From positions 11,904,001-11,968,000 of the forward strand of contig NC_043024.1 of NCBI RefSeq assembly GCF_006345805.1: a stretch of 64,000 bases of DNA. Direction: 5' to 3'. Below, one piece after another: positions 16,972 through 29,759 of the stretch (positions are counted from its first letter, which is position 1; each line of letters begins with the position of its first letter). The translations under genes and the position numbers were made by a program. The notes beneath the pieces were generated by a model that saw only the letters and a list, made by a program, of their open reading frames with translations, was not told the DNA's origin and did not search any database. The DNA comes from Octopus sinensis. Taxonomy: Eukaryota.

Positions 16972-19579
16972 TATTTCTTTACTACCTCCAACGGGCTAAA
17001 CACAGAGAGGACAAACAAAGGCAGACAAAGGGATTAAGTCGATTATATCGACCCCAGAGCGTAACTGGTACTTATTTAATCGACCCTGAAAGGATGAAAG
17101 GCAAAGTCGACGTAGACGGGATTTGAACTCAGAACGTAGCAGTAGACGAAATACCTATTTCTTTACTACCCACAAGGGACTAAACACAGAGGGGACAAAC
17201 AAGGGCAGACAAACGGGTTAAGTCGATTATATCGACCCCAGAGCGTAACTGGTACTTATTTAATCGACCCTGAAAGGATGAAAGGCAAAGTCGACCTCGG
17301 CGGAATTTGAACTCAGAACGTAGCGGCAGTCGAAATACCTGTTTCTTTACTACCCACAAGGGGCTAAACACAAAGAGGACAAACAAAGGCAGACAAACGG
17401 ATGAAGTCGATTATATCGACCCCAGAGCGTAACTGGTACTTATTTAATCGACCCCGAAAGGATGAAAGGCAAAGTCGACCTCAGCGGAATTTGAACTCAA
17501 AACGTAACGGCAGACGAAATACCTGTTTCTTTACTACCCACAAGGGGCTAAACACAGAGGGGACAAACAAGGACAGACAAAGGGATGAAGTCGATTATAT
17601 CGACCCCAGAGCGTAACTGGTACTTATTTAATCGACCCCGAAAGGATGAAAGGCAAAGTCGACGTAGACGGGATTTGAACTCAGACGTAGCAGTAGACGA
17701 AATACCTGTTCTTTACTACCCACAAGGGCTAACACAGAGGGGACAAACAAGGACAGACAAAGGATAAGTCGATTATATCGACCCCAGAGCGTAACTGGTA
17801 CTTATTAATCGACCCCGAAAGGATGAAAGGCAAAGTCGACGTAGAGGGATTTGAACTCAGAACGGAGCAGTAGACGAAATACCTGTTCTTACTACCCACA
17901 AGAGGGCTAAACACAGAGGGGACAAACAAGGACAGACAAACGGATATTAAGCGATTATATACCCCGCCCCAGTGCGAAACTGGTACTTATTTAATCGACC
18001 CGAAGGATGAAAGGCAAAGTCGACCTCAGCGGAATTTGAACTCAAAACGTAACGGAGACGAAATACCTGGTTCTTTACTACCCACAAGGGGCGTAAACAC
18101 AGCGGGGACAAACAGGACAGACAAAGGGATGAAGTCGATTATATCGACCCCAGAGCGTAACTGGTACTTATTTAATCGACCCCGAAAGGATGAAAGGCAA
18201 AGTCGACGTAGACGGGATTTGAACTCAGAACGTAGCAGTAGACGAAATACCTGTTTCTTTACTACCCACAAGGGGCTAAACCACAGAGGGGACAAACAAG
18301 GACAGACAAACGGATTAAGTCGATTATATCGACCCCAGAGCGTAAATGGTACTTATTTAATCGACCCCGAAAGGATGAAAGGCAAAGTCGACGTAGACGG
18401 GATTTGAACTCAGAACGTAGCAGTAGACGAAATACCTGTTTCTTTACTACCCACAAGGGGCTAAACACAGAGGGGACAAACAAGGCAGACAAACGGATGA
18501 AGTCGATTATATCGACCCCAGAGCGTAACTGGTACTTATTTAATCGACCCCGAAAGGATGAAGGCAAAGTCGACCTCAATGGAATTGAACTCAAAACGTA
18601 ACGGCAGACGAAATACCTGTTTCTTTACTACCACACAAGGGCAAACACAGAGGGGACAAACAAGGACAGACAAAGGGATGAAGTCGATTATATCGACCCC
18701 AGAAGCGTAACTGGTACTATTTAATCGACCCCGAAAGGATGAAAGGCAAAGTCGACGTAGACGGGATTTGAACTCAGAACGTAGCAGTAGACGAAATACC
18801 TGTTTCTTTACTACCCACAAGGGGCTAAACACAGAGGGGACAAACAGGACAGACAAACGGATTAAGTCGATTATATCGACCCCAGAGCGTAACTGGTACT
18901 TATTTAATCGACCCCGAAAGGATGAAAGGCAAAGTCGACGTAGACGGGATTTGAACTCAGAACGTAGCAGTAGACGAAATACCTGTTTCTTTACTACCCA
19001 CAAGGGGCTAAACACAGAGGGGACAAACAAGGACAGACAAACGATTAAGTCGATTATATCGACCCCCAGTGCGTAACTGGTACTTATTTAATCGACCCCG
19101 AAAGGATGAAAGGCAAAGTCGACACTCAGCGGAATTTGAACTCAAAACGTAACGGCAGACGAAATACCTGTTTCTTTACTACCCACAAGGGGCTAAACAC
19201 AGAGGGGACAAACAAGGACAGACAAAGGATGAAGTCGATTATATCGACCCCAGAGCGTAACTGGTACTTATTTAATCGACCCCGAAAGGATGAAAGGCAA
19301 AGTCGACCTCAGCGGAATTTGAACTCAAAACGTAACGGCAGACGAAATACTGTTTCTTACTACCACAAGGGGCTAAACACAGAGGGGACCAACAAGGACA
19401 GCAAAGGGATTAAGTCGATTATATCGACCCCAGAGCGTAACTGGTACTTATTTAATCGACCCCGAAAGGATGAAAGGCAAAGTCGACCTCAGCGGAATTT
19501 GAACTCAGAACGTAGCGGCAGACGAAATACCGCTAAGCATTCCGCCCGGCGTGCTAACGATTCTGCCAGCTCGCCGCCT
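16972..19579 (-). mobile_element. SINE family B, head + ~14 tandem 183-bp units
   Basis: 16-bp TSD TTAGATCACACATACT at 16956-16971 and 19580-19595. Confidence 0.9.
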
Positions 19580-19619
19580 TTAGATCACACATACTGTGCC
19601 ATCGAGGCACACTGACATT

Positions 19620-21650
19620 ACACATTCAGCTTATATTCATGCTAAGCTCATTTCTTTCTATCTTTTGCAAATCCTTTGCATTCGGGGCCCACGTTTCACT
19701 ATCATATTGCACTGCACTCCAGCAAGGGGCCTCTCCTTCTCTGAAAGAGAGACCCCTTGTTGTCAGGAGAACCAGTAGCTCCCTGAAATTTTCTCACCTT
19801 GTTCTTATCTTAGCCATAATCTTGTAATCTCCACAACTGATTAAGTTACCTAGGTAACAAAAACTATTGACTAAGTCTGGGATGTCTTCTGAATAACTGA
19901 GAGAATCTCTTATTGTCTGGATACAGCGCAGGAGCGGCTGTGTGGTAAGTAGCTTGCTTACCAACCAATGGTTCCGGGTTCAGTCCCACTGCGTGGCACC
20001 TTGGGTAAGTGTCTTCTACTGTAGCCTCGGGCCGACCAAAGCCTTGTGAGTGGATTTGGTAGACGGAAACTGAAAGAAGCCCGTCGGATATATGTGTATA
20101 TATATATATGTATATATATGTGTGCGTGTATGTTTGTGTGTCTGTGTTTGTCCCCCTAGCATTGCTTGGCGACCGATGCTGTTGTGTTTACGTCCCCCGT
20201 CACTTAGCGGTTCGGCAAAAGAGACCGATAGAATAAGTACTGGGCTTACAAAGAAAAAGTCCCGGGGTCGAGTTGCTTGCTCGATTAAAGGCGGTGCTCC
20301 AGCATGGCCGCAGTCAAATGACTGAAACAAGTAAAAGAGTATACATTCCATTCTTAGTGCCCCTGTGCCCCTGTCTTGTATGCAGACTGCTTTTGCAGTT
20401 AGTCTCCTTGTGATTTTACTACTCCTCATGTGCCTCCACAGTTTACCCAGGGTACATCATATGGAGTTTCTGTTTACCCTTTTTCTGCCTTCTAAGTACA
20501 GACTCTTCTTGCCATAAGTTTAGTTTTGGCTATGCTTACTTTAAGACCCTTAAAATCTCGGTTTAGCTTCTGTATCGGGAATTTCTTTTCCAAATCTTCC
20601 ACAGGAGCGGCTGTGTGGTAAGTAGCTTGCTAATCAACCACATGGTTCCGGGTTCAGTCCCACTGCGTGGCACCTTGGGCAAGTATCTTCTGCTATAGCC
20701 TCGGGCCGACCAATGCCTTGTGAGTGGATTTGGTAGACGGAAACTGAAAGAAGCCCGTCGTATATATGTATGTATTTGTATATGTGTGTTTGCGTGTATG
20801 TTTGTGTTTGTCCCCCTAGCATTGCTTGACATCTGATGCTGGTGTGTTTACGTCCCCGTCACTTAGCGGTTCGGCAAAAGAGACCGATAGAATAAGTACT
20901 GGGCTTACAAAAGAATAAGTCCCGGGGTCGATTTGCTCGGCTAAAGGCGGTGCTCCAGCATGGCCTTAGTCAAATGACTGAAACAAGTAAAAGAGTAAAG
21001 AGTAAAAGAGAGATCCTATTATATGAACAAGGTCATTAGCATGCAGGTAAAATCATCTGCTATAGTAAACAGAAGAGGGCTGAGCACAGAACCTTGATGG
21101 ATCCCTCGCTACCCATTAGATTCCTCATTGTATTCATTGTTAACTTTTGCTGATGGCAACTCTGTACCTAATTTGCACAGCATTCATTAATCCTTCTTTT
21201 ACCTCCTAACTTCCTTGGAACTCACCAGACGACAGAACTAGGGATGCTATTAAAGGGTTTTACCAAGTGTATGGACGTTAAGTAGAGAGTCAAGTATTTT
21301 TGCTGCAGCTGTCTCCGTAGGAAGATGGCATCGATCCTACTATCCTGTCACGAAACCCAACTGAATCTCATTAAGGTTGTTCCTAATCAATTTTATAATT
21401 TCGGTAACTTTCATGATCTTGTGCAAGAATTTAACACTATTGCAGTTTCCTGTCTCTCTTTAGAGAATATTTTTGTTTCGTAACAGTTCACAATAAAGCT
21501 ACTGCTATGTCAATCTTTAAGTATGATACATCCTTGTATTATCTGATTGACTAATTGCGTGACTAAACAATATCCTACTTTGCCAGTTATTTTAAGCTTC
21601 TCAACAACTGTATTGTTTGATAAATATTTCAAACAATATTAATAGCGTTC
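19620..21650 (-). mobile_element. Fossil RTE-like LINE reverse transcriptase with two nested family A SINEs (19927-20340, 20602-21008)
   Basis: Minus-strand remnants QLGF..G, GIHQGSVLSPLLF, KGLKVSIAKTK, SFCYLG..IS, FRELL.LLTT.GLS, DSETWA...DLQKIERNE; many stops. Confidence 0.8.
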
Positions 21651-21715
21651 AGTAAATCACTATACATATCCATCATTTTCTGTTAAAATATCTTACTGAC
21701 GAGTTTCATTTCTTC

Positions 21716-21804
21716 ACTTCCCTGAAGAGAAGATTACATTGTTTTACACCATTTTATTCCTTTGGAATAATATCAGTGAAATCTTCGAAACATGTGTCGG
21801 AAGT
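21716..21804 (+). ncRNA. Type I hammerhead ribozyme, canonical core
   Basis: Stem I ACTTCC/GGAAGT; CTGAAGA 21722-28; stem II GAAGATT/AATCTTC; GAAA 21787-90; C-ATGT-GTC; predicted cleavage after 21798. Confidence 0.85.
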
Positions 21805-21990
21805 AAAAGTATTTGAATTACACCTGCGTAAATCTCCATTTATTTATTTATATATTATACAAAAGATTCCACGTAAACCCGAAGTTTCTACCTTTAAAAA
21901 CAAGGAGTTACAACCTCTTGTGTGATTTTTTGCTACTCAGGTAACTATTTATCTATCTTTGGGTGTTAATTGTTAACAAGGGAAAATACA

Positions 21991-22060
<70 letters not shown>

Positions 22061-22114
22061 TATAGTGTAGGTGCATGGCTTAGTAGTTAGGGCAGTGAGT
22101 TCAATTCCCAGCGA

Positions 22115-22352
22115 CGCATTGTGTCCTTGAGCAAGACACTTTATTTCACATTGCTCCAGTCCACTCAGCTGGCAAAAATGGTTTACCTGTATTTCAAAGG
22201 GCCAGCCTTGTCACACCTGTGTCACGCTGAATCTCCCTGACAACTACATTAGGGGTACACATGTCTGTGGAGTGCTCAGCCACTTGCACATTATTTCGTG
22301 AGCAAGCTGTTCTGTTGATCGTATAAGCTGGGACCCTCATTATTTTAACTGA
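22115..22352 (+). mobile_element. tRNA-derived SINE (family also at 53375-53705)
   Basis: A/B boxes, GTGTCCTTGAGCAAGACACTTTATTTCAC..CTCCAGTCCACTCAGCTG. Confidence 0.7.
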
Positions 22353-22394
22353 GAAGTGCCCTATATTAATATATATATATATATAATATATATA

Positions 22395-22444
<50 letters not shown>

Positions 22445-23625
22445 AATACATATATATATATATATTATATGTAGTCATTACAGATATAGGGTGAAAGATG
22501 ATTAATTTAATAAAATCAACAAATTTCACCTAGTAGTATTTCGGTATGGAAAAGGACCATATTCGGTAAAAACTTATCCAAATATTTTTTTATATATAAT
22601 TATAACAATAAGGGTTTTGCAACAAGTTGCTTGACCACATACCGAAAATTTTAGAAATAGCAGCCAAAGGACTACTATTTCCTTTTCCTACAAAACTATG
22701 TCTCCACAGACAACAATATTTGTAACACACATATGGCAAAAAAAAAAGAAGAAAAATAATGGAATCAAAGTCTTCGATTAATTATGGACGCGTTTCTGGA
22801 TTAGAATCATAAGGTTCATTTCCTTCATCGACATAATATTCCGATAAATTTCGGTATGTGGTCAAGCAACTTGTTGCGAAACCCTTGTTGTTATAATTAT
22901 ATATATATATATATATATATTATAATATATATATATATATATATTGTTATATTTCGGAATGGTCATATTGCCAGTTTAGCCAATAAAACACACGCGCTAC
23001 TATATTTGGTGTTATTTTGCTTCAGTGATATTTATTTTTTACATTAATCTTAATCTTATTTCGGCCAAAGTTCTTTCGTCACACTCCTGTGACCGCATCA
23101 GTGGTCCTTTGTTTTCTTCTCACTTACTTGTGTCTCTCCTTACTAACCGTCAGCCATTTTGTATTTCGATTGTATTTTATTGGCTAAACTGGCAATATGA
23201 CCATTCCGAAATATAACAATATCTGTTTCAACACACGACTTCACATAAAAAATCTTGCACAACAAATATTTAAACGTATATATATATATATATTATATAT
23301 ATATACATATATATACATATATATATATAACATTTATATATATATTTTAAAATGTAGAGGTAACACACAAGTAAATAGATATTTATGAAAAAGAAGAACA
23401 AAAAATATGGCTGACGGTTAGTAAGGAGCGACACACAAATAAGAAAGAAGAAAGTAAAGGACCACCGATGCGGTCACAGGAGTGTGACGAAAGAACTCTG
23501 GCCGAAATAAGATTAAGATTAATGTAAAAAATAAATAACGCTGAAGCAAAGTAACACCAAATATATAGTGCGTGTGTTTTTATTGGCTAAACTGGCAAAA
23601 TGACCAATCCGAAATACAACAATAA

Positions 23626-24692
23626 GAACAAAAATGCTACTTTTTAAAATTAGGTACATTTAAATTTCTTTATAATAAATACATCAAAAAAATGTTTTTG
23701 TTTTACATGATTCGGTTTTTTTATAAACCTTATTAAAAATATGTACTTAAAGGAAATATGTAGAGAAATAAATTATTAATAAAATTATTAATAAAATAAA
23801 CATTCATAGTACTTTTCTTTTTCCTGCAAGGGCACGTGGTAATTTCCATTAATTTTCGTGGCATTGCCTGTAGCAATTTAGGTAGGTGTCTGTGGTGGTA
23901 AATTAAGTAGTGTAGTCAAAACTGTTTTCAAAAGGAGTGGCTACAGCAGTCAAATAAGCAGCAGCAGCAGCAATAATAGTCGTCGTAAAGTTATCTCCCC
24001 TGAGGTCTTCACAGAAATGGATTTATTCAATGTCTCATCTTTATTCCTTATGAATAATATACATTAATATACATATAGTTTCAGTGTTCTGAGCTTAAAG
24101 AATTTAGACTCGGTTGACACTTTCTTATGAAATGCATTTCCTTGCCAATGAGTTCATTTTGGCTAGCATTGTCTTTGAATTTGTATAATGGAAAAGTTGT
24201 GAATTTGGGATGTTTATTGGATGTACATCTATGTGTTCGCTGACAAATATTTTCCTGTATTCCAGAATTCTAATTTGGTATTTGTGTACTACCATCCTCT
24301 GTCGTAGGGTGTTTTTTGTGTGTCCCATATATTGCCATTTGCATCCCGAGCATGTAAAGTTAGTTTTTATGGTAAAATTTTGGCCTTGTTCTAATCGGCG
24401 TTCTGATCCTTCTATTATGTTGATACAGATCCCACAGTTGGGCTTCCCGCACTTTTTACTGTCGGCTTTGTGGTTATTGTTGAGTGTAAGTTGGCAGGAA
24501 AAAGAAAAATACACTATAAACGTTTATTAATAGTTTTATTAATAATTTATTTCTCTACATATTTCATATAAGTATATATGTTTAATAAGGTTTATAAACA
24601 ACCAAAACATGTAAAACAAAACATTTTAAAATGTATTTATATAAAGAAATTTTAATGTACTTAATTTTAAAAAATAGCATTTTCGTTCTTTT
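23626..24692 (-). mobile_element. Penelope-like element fragment: GIY-YIG endonuclease remnant between ~200-bp inverted repeats
   Basis: ORF 24125-24514 CGKPNCGIC..F.IKTNFTC..C..QYMGHTKNTLRQRMVVHK..VSEH; inverted repeats ~23626-23830 and ~24490-24692. Confidence 0.8.
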
Positions 24693-24694
24693 TC

Positions 24695-24753
<59 letters not shown>

Positions 24754-24808
24754 CGGAGATGTACTTGCATAGCGAGTGACTTGATCTGAGATCGTGTGCT
24801 GGAACGAA

Positions 24809-25004
24809 AGCAATTGCAGCGTGGAAGGTGTTATAAGCATTTAAGAAACACACAAAGCCGTTAGATTCACTTCACCATTTAAATTTAATTTGTCAAAATA
24901 TTTTCGTCGCTTTGACACCGCGACAAATTTAATTTAAATGTTGAAGTGAATCTAACGGTTTTGTGTATTTCTTAAATGGCTTATAAACACCTTCCACCCT
25001 GCAA
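24809..25004. repeat. Inverted repeat, ~83-bp arms, ~30-bp loop
   Basis: AATTGCAGCGTGGAAGGTG..AATTTGTC mirrored by GACAAATT..CCTTCCACCCTGCAATT. Confidence 0.85.
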
Positions 25005-25129
25005 TTATATATATATATATATATATATATAGTTAATCCAAACATGAAAACACAAGGAGAAAACACAACACGAGGACGTGGTACAAGTATAGTGTACCAC
25101 GTCCTCAGGAAATGAAGGAAAGAAGGAGG

Positions 25130-25164
25130 ATTTAACGTTTCGAGCGGAGCTCTTCGTCAGAAAC
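25130..25164 (-). ncRNA. Minimal Penelope-type hammerhead motif
   Basis: Minus: GTTT-CTGACGA-A-GAGC tcc GCTC-GAAACGTT-AAAT; ACGT palindrome; short stem I, GUU site. Confidence 0.55.
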
Positions 25165-25743
25165 ATAGGAAGAGGAAAGATCCAAGGAAGGGAAGACGGA
25201 AGAAACAAATCGCCAACGATACACACGCGGTCACATGTTGAATATATATATATACATATATGCTAATGAAGGTGGCTATATACAATACAAAACCTAAAAG
25301 GAAAACTTCTACTGCCATTAATTGTGATTGAGGGTGTAGGGTAGCACCTACTTTGCTAGAAATGAGAGCTAAAGTGCCCTTAGAGCCACAAGAAGCACAT
25401 TTTCATATACTGACAGGGGAGATAACCCCCCACACACAGCGAGCGAGATCACTATACTATAGTTTCGTTTGATATACATATTTGCTTGTTTGTGTGTGTG
25501 TGTGTGTGTTTGTTTCCATTTGCACTCTACAGAACTCGCTACAAGCAATGTTGAGTGTTGCATCTTCTCTTAGCAAATTGTCCCCTCACTTTACACCTTC
25601 AGAGACATGTGAAATGAGAGACCCTTCATTTGAAAAATAAGTAAGGATTAGGAAGAGGAAAAAATAGACAGCTATAAAGCAATGCAACAGTAACCTCTAT
25701 ACATCTAACCTCTAACACATGCCGGCATAGAAAAGCTGACATA

Positions 25744-26253
25744 CCGTAAATCCTCGAGTATAATCCGCATTTATTTCCCAAAATTTAAAGGTCAAAATCC
25801 CTACTGCGTACTATACACGAGTTTAAAAATGAAAAATATTTTCTAAGCAATGTCCGAGTCTCTATTTGCTGTCCGGCAATGTTTATTCAGACGCATTTTG
25901 TGATGTCGGGCGCGAAAATACCTTAAGCTAAGCCTGAAAGCAATGAAGTCATAAAAGAATCATCCATAACTTGCAGTAAGCAACATTTATTAAACGTTAT
26001 TACTGTTATTTCTTTATTTTCTGCAAACAAAATGCACAAAAAAGCTACGTTTGCATTATGTTATATATACAATAATAATAAAGGATGTTACTGTATACAG
26101 ATTTACAAACTAAGGACGTTATATAGACCTCCTTGCCTCAAGTTAGAGAAGGGGTGCGTATTATACATGAGGTTTAGGTTTTTCAGCGGTACAGCCTCCT
26201 AAAACTCCCCTGCGTATTATACTCAAGGGTGGGCTATACTCGAGGATTTACGG
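25744..26253 (+). mobile_element. pogo-family MITE
   Basis: TIR CCGTAAATCCTCGAGTATA, TA target; reverse copy at 42858-43366. Confidence 0.85.
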
Positions 26254-26560
26254 TTAAACAAGTGAATGAAATATATATTTTTTTATTTGCTATCTTTTAT
26301 TTAAATGTGTTTGAATTGAATTTGTCTGCAGCCAAGAATTCAAGTGTTTTTAGTTGATAACATCAACTACGAAAACCATATCAGTTTAATACATATATCA
26401 TTGATATCTTGTTTGCCAAAGTCATAAAATTAATCTTTATCTAAAGTGATGCAATACAGCACAAGAGCTTACAAGGGGTGACCTAAAACACGGACACCAA
26501 TACACAGATAAGGTTAGTGAACTGCTAGTCGTTTGAAGAGTATGTGACAAAATGCTTAGT

Positions 26561-27085
26561 GGAGGCACATGGCCTAGTGGTTAGAGCAGCGGACTCGCGG
26601 TCGAGGGATCGCGGGTTCGAATCTCAGACCGGGCTATGTGTGTGCTTATGATCGAAACACGTAAGCTCCATGCGGCTCCGGCAGAAGGTAATGGCGAACT
26701 TCTGCTGACTTTTTCGCCACAACTTTCTCTCACTCTTTCCTCCTGCATCTTGCAGCTCACCTGCGATGGACTGGCTTCCCGTACAGGTGGGGAACCTATA
26801 CACCAAGGAAACCGGGAAACCGGCCCTTGTGAGCCAGGGATGGCTTGAGAAGGAGCAAACAACAACAAAAACAATATATATATATGTGTGTGTGTGTGTG
26901 TGCGTGTGTGGAGGCACATAGCCTAGTGGTTAGAGCAGCGGACTCGCGGTCGAGGGATCGCGGGTTCGAATCTCAGACCGGGCTATGTGTGTGCTTATGA
27001 TCGAAACACCTAAACTCCACGCGGCTCCGGCAGAAGGTAATGGCAAACTTCTGCTGACTCTTTCGCCACAACTTCCTCTGTCTCT
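26561..27085 (+). mobile_element. tRNA-derived SINE family C (full copy plus truncated tandem copy)
   Basis: A box TGGCCTAGTGGTTAGAGC, B box GGTTCGAATC, (CAA)n tail; relatives at 52104-52395 and 59282-59940. Confidence 0.8.
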
Positions 27086-27139
27086 GTACTCACCTGAAGT
27101 CAGCTTTGCGTTTTATCCTCCATTTTTTTATTCTCTTTT

Positions 27140-27444
27140 CTCTTTTACTCTTTTACTTGTTTCAGTCATGTAATTGTGGCCATGCTGGAACACCGCCTTT
27201 AGTCGAGCAAATCGACCCTCAGGACTTATTCTTTGTAAGCCTAGTACTTATTCTATCGGTCTCTTTCGCCGAACCGCTAAGTTACGGGGACGTGAACACA
27301 CCAGCATCGGTTGTCATACGATGTTGGGGGACAAACACAGACACGCAAGCATATACATACATATATATACACAAACATACACACTCACCACACACACACA
27401 CACACACACACACTACAATATATATAATATATATAATTATATAA

Positions 27445-27540
<96 letters not shown>

Positions 27541-27702
27541 CAACGGGCTTCTTTCAGTTTCCACCTACCAATACCACTCACAAGGCTTTGGTCGGCCCGA
27601 GGCTATAGTAGAAGACACTTGCCCAAGGTGCCACGAAGTGGGACTGAACCCAGAACCATGTGGTTGGTAAGCAAGCTTCTTACCACACAGCCACTCCTGC
27701 AC
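27140..27702 (-). mobile_element. SINE family A
   Basis: Consensus match with an expanded (TA)n core. Confidence 0.8.
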
Positions 27703-27759
27703 CTATAATGATAATGTTTAATAACGAAAATTTAAGCATGTAGTTATTCATTTTGCTCG

Positions 27760-28485
27760 CTAAAGTTTGGTGGAAGATTTTAATTAATTTTAAATATAAT
27801 TTAATTAATTTTAAATATAACAAAGAATTTAGTAAAATAACTTAGTTATCATTAAGCTAGTGTTAGGAACATAAATTGTGACTAAGGTTTGGTGGAAGAT
27901 TTTAATTCAGAACTTTTGAAAACAAGACATTTATACTACAGAGCCAGAGGTGGTTTCAACCAGGTTGGTATCGAAAGGGTTAAAATTGTTTCTCTATTAT
28001 ATATTTTAAAACCTTTTTGTTACCATATTTCTGTTTAGATGCTCTGTGTTTCTTTCAATTACTTTAAATATAACAAAGAATTTAGTAAAATAAATTGGTT
28101 ATCATTAAGCTAGTGTTAGGAACATAAATTGTGACTAAGGTTTGGTGGAAGATTTTAATTCAGAACTTATGAAAACAAGACATTTGTACTACAGAGCCAG
28201 AGGCTGTTTCAGCCAGGTTGGTATCGAAAGAGTTAAAAATTGTTTCTCTATTATATATTTTAACCCTTTTGTTACCATATTTCTGCTGAGATGCGCTGTG
28301 TTTCTTTCAATTAATTTTAAACATTAAGAATTTAGTAAAATAACTTAGTTATCATTCAGCTAGTATAAGGAACATAAATTGTGACTAAGGTTTGGTGGAA
28401 GATTTTAATTCAAAACTTATGAAAACAAGATATTTGTACTACAGACCCAGAGGCGGTTTCAGGGAGGATGGTATCAAAAGGGTTA
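27760..28485 (+). mobile_element. piggyBac-like MITE tandem array (~3 units)
   Basis: TTAA-CCCTTTTGTTACC ... GGTATCAAAAGGG-TTAA termini, ~250-bp period. Confidence 0.8.
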
Positions 28486-28798
28486 GTAATGAAAACCACA
28501 ACCAGATAGTATGACAGTATAACCCCTTCCTCTTATAATTCGCTCTTTCCCTATTTCTTTTTTCTTTCTTTATTTTTCTCTCTGTTATCTGTTTTTGTTT
28601 CTTTGTAGTTACTCTGGATATTTCTACCAATAGGTGGTGCTGTAAGCTAATTTTGGTGTATTACACCATTTGTCTACAGCGAATATTCTCCATAACAAAA
28701 TACAGCGAGTAACTTTTTTATGGGTTCGAATATGCTCCAAGCATATTTGAAATGGTGATGACCTAGTGTTAATCCATGTGGATAAATACTGAACATAT

Positions 28799-29478
28799 AG
28801 TTACCTCTGCCTTGGCGAAGGCGGGGGTATTGTTTTCAGTCATATTTGTTTGTCTGTCCATAGACAAGATATTTCAAGAACTAATGGATGGATTCGAATG
28901 AAACTATCAGAGATGTTTGGCCTCATGACTGGCATGAACCGATTAGATTTTGGGATCGATCTGACACCAGACAAGGGTTCTAGATTATTTTTTCCTGTTT
29001 TATTTTTACTAAATTCTTGTGAGCAGTAAGGTTTCATTTTTAGCATTCTCGTTTGTCAGAGCAGTCTAGTTTATTTCAAACTAGCAGTAATGCCCGGCGT
29101 TGCTCGGGTTTGTAAGGGAAATAACTATATAAGCATTTTTAGAGAGTTACTTCCCTTATATAAACCGAGCAAAAAATACATTAAAAAAACGAAAACATGA
29201 TGGTAAATTTTATTTTTAAATCGTAGACTCATCGTAGACGCGCGCTAATACCCAGAAGGGCTCGATATGAATCACGACTATAAGATACCCGCTTTTGGGT
29301 AAACTGAACCGCAAAATGTGGGAGTAGTTAGGAATCTAAATCGGAGGAGACAGACTCTCACACAACTTCAGATTTATATATAAAGATATTTTCATTTTAA
29401 AGATCATCTCCGGCTAATCATTGAGAGGACGTTGGTGTTGCCTTGGTGGAGGTTTGTGCTCTCTGAGTGCTCTTGTTT
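28799..29478 (+). mobile_element. Unclassified non-autonomous element with nested Helitron
   Basis: TTACCTCTGCCTTGGCGAAGG start and CCTTGGTGGAGGTTTGTGCTCTCTGAGTGCTCT end; related start at 63910-64000. Confidence 0.5.
29081..29386 (-). mobile_element. Non-autonomous Helitron
   Basis: Minus strand 5'-TC...hairpin CCCGAGCAACGCCGGG...CTAG-3', inserted between A and T. Confidence 0.8.
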
Positions 29479-29759
29479 ATAATACATTCATATCAAATTC
29501 TCTGGTAATGTACAGATGGCTTCCCCTATAGACTGGCTTCCAATCTACTTCGGCTCTATCTTTTCCAATCACTTCTTAAAACTATACTAAAGATGTAGTG
29601 ACAGATGAATAACAAACAAATACATGCATTGCCATAAAGTGAATGGCTTCATAATAGCATTCTATAGTAAGAGACTATGAAACGGACGTTGGTTTAACAT
29701 TTATTTGGTTAAAAATATTGTGTTTTAACCTAGAAATGCATAACTTTACTCTCTCTCTC

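Noticed and set aside
16972-19579. CRISPR-like regular repeats
   Set aside because: No unique spacers; full-length tandem SINE units in a eukaryotic intron
26561-26640. tRNA gene
   Set aside because: tRNA-like A/B boxes, but it continues into a SINE body, is multi-copy and has no acceptor stem
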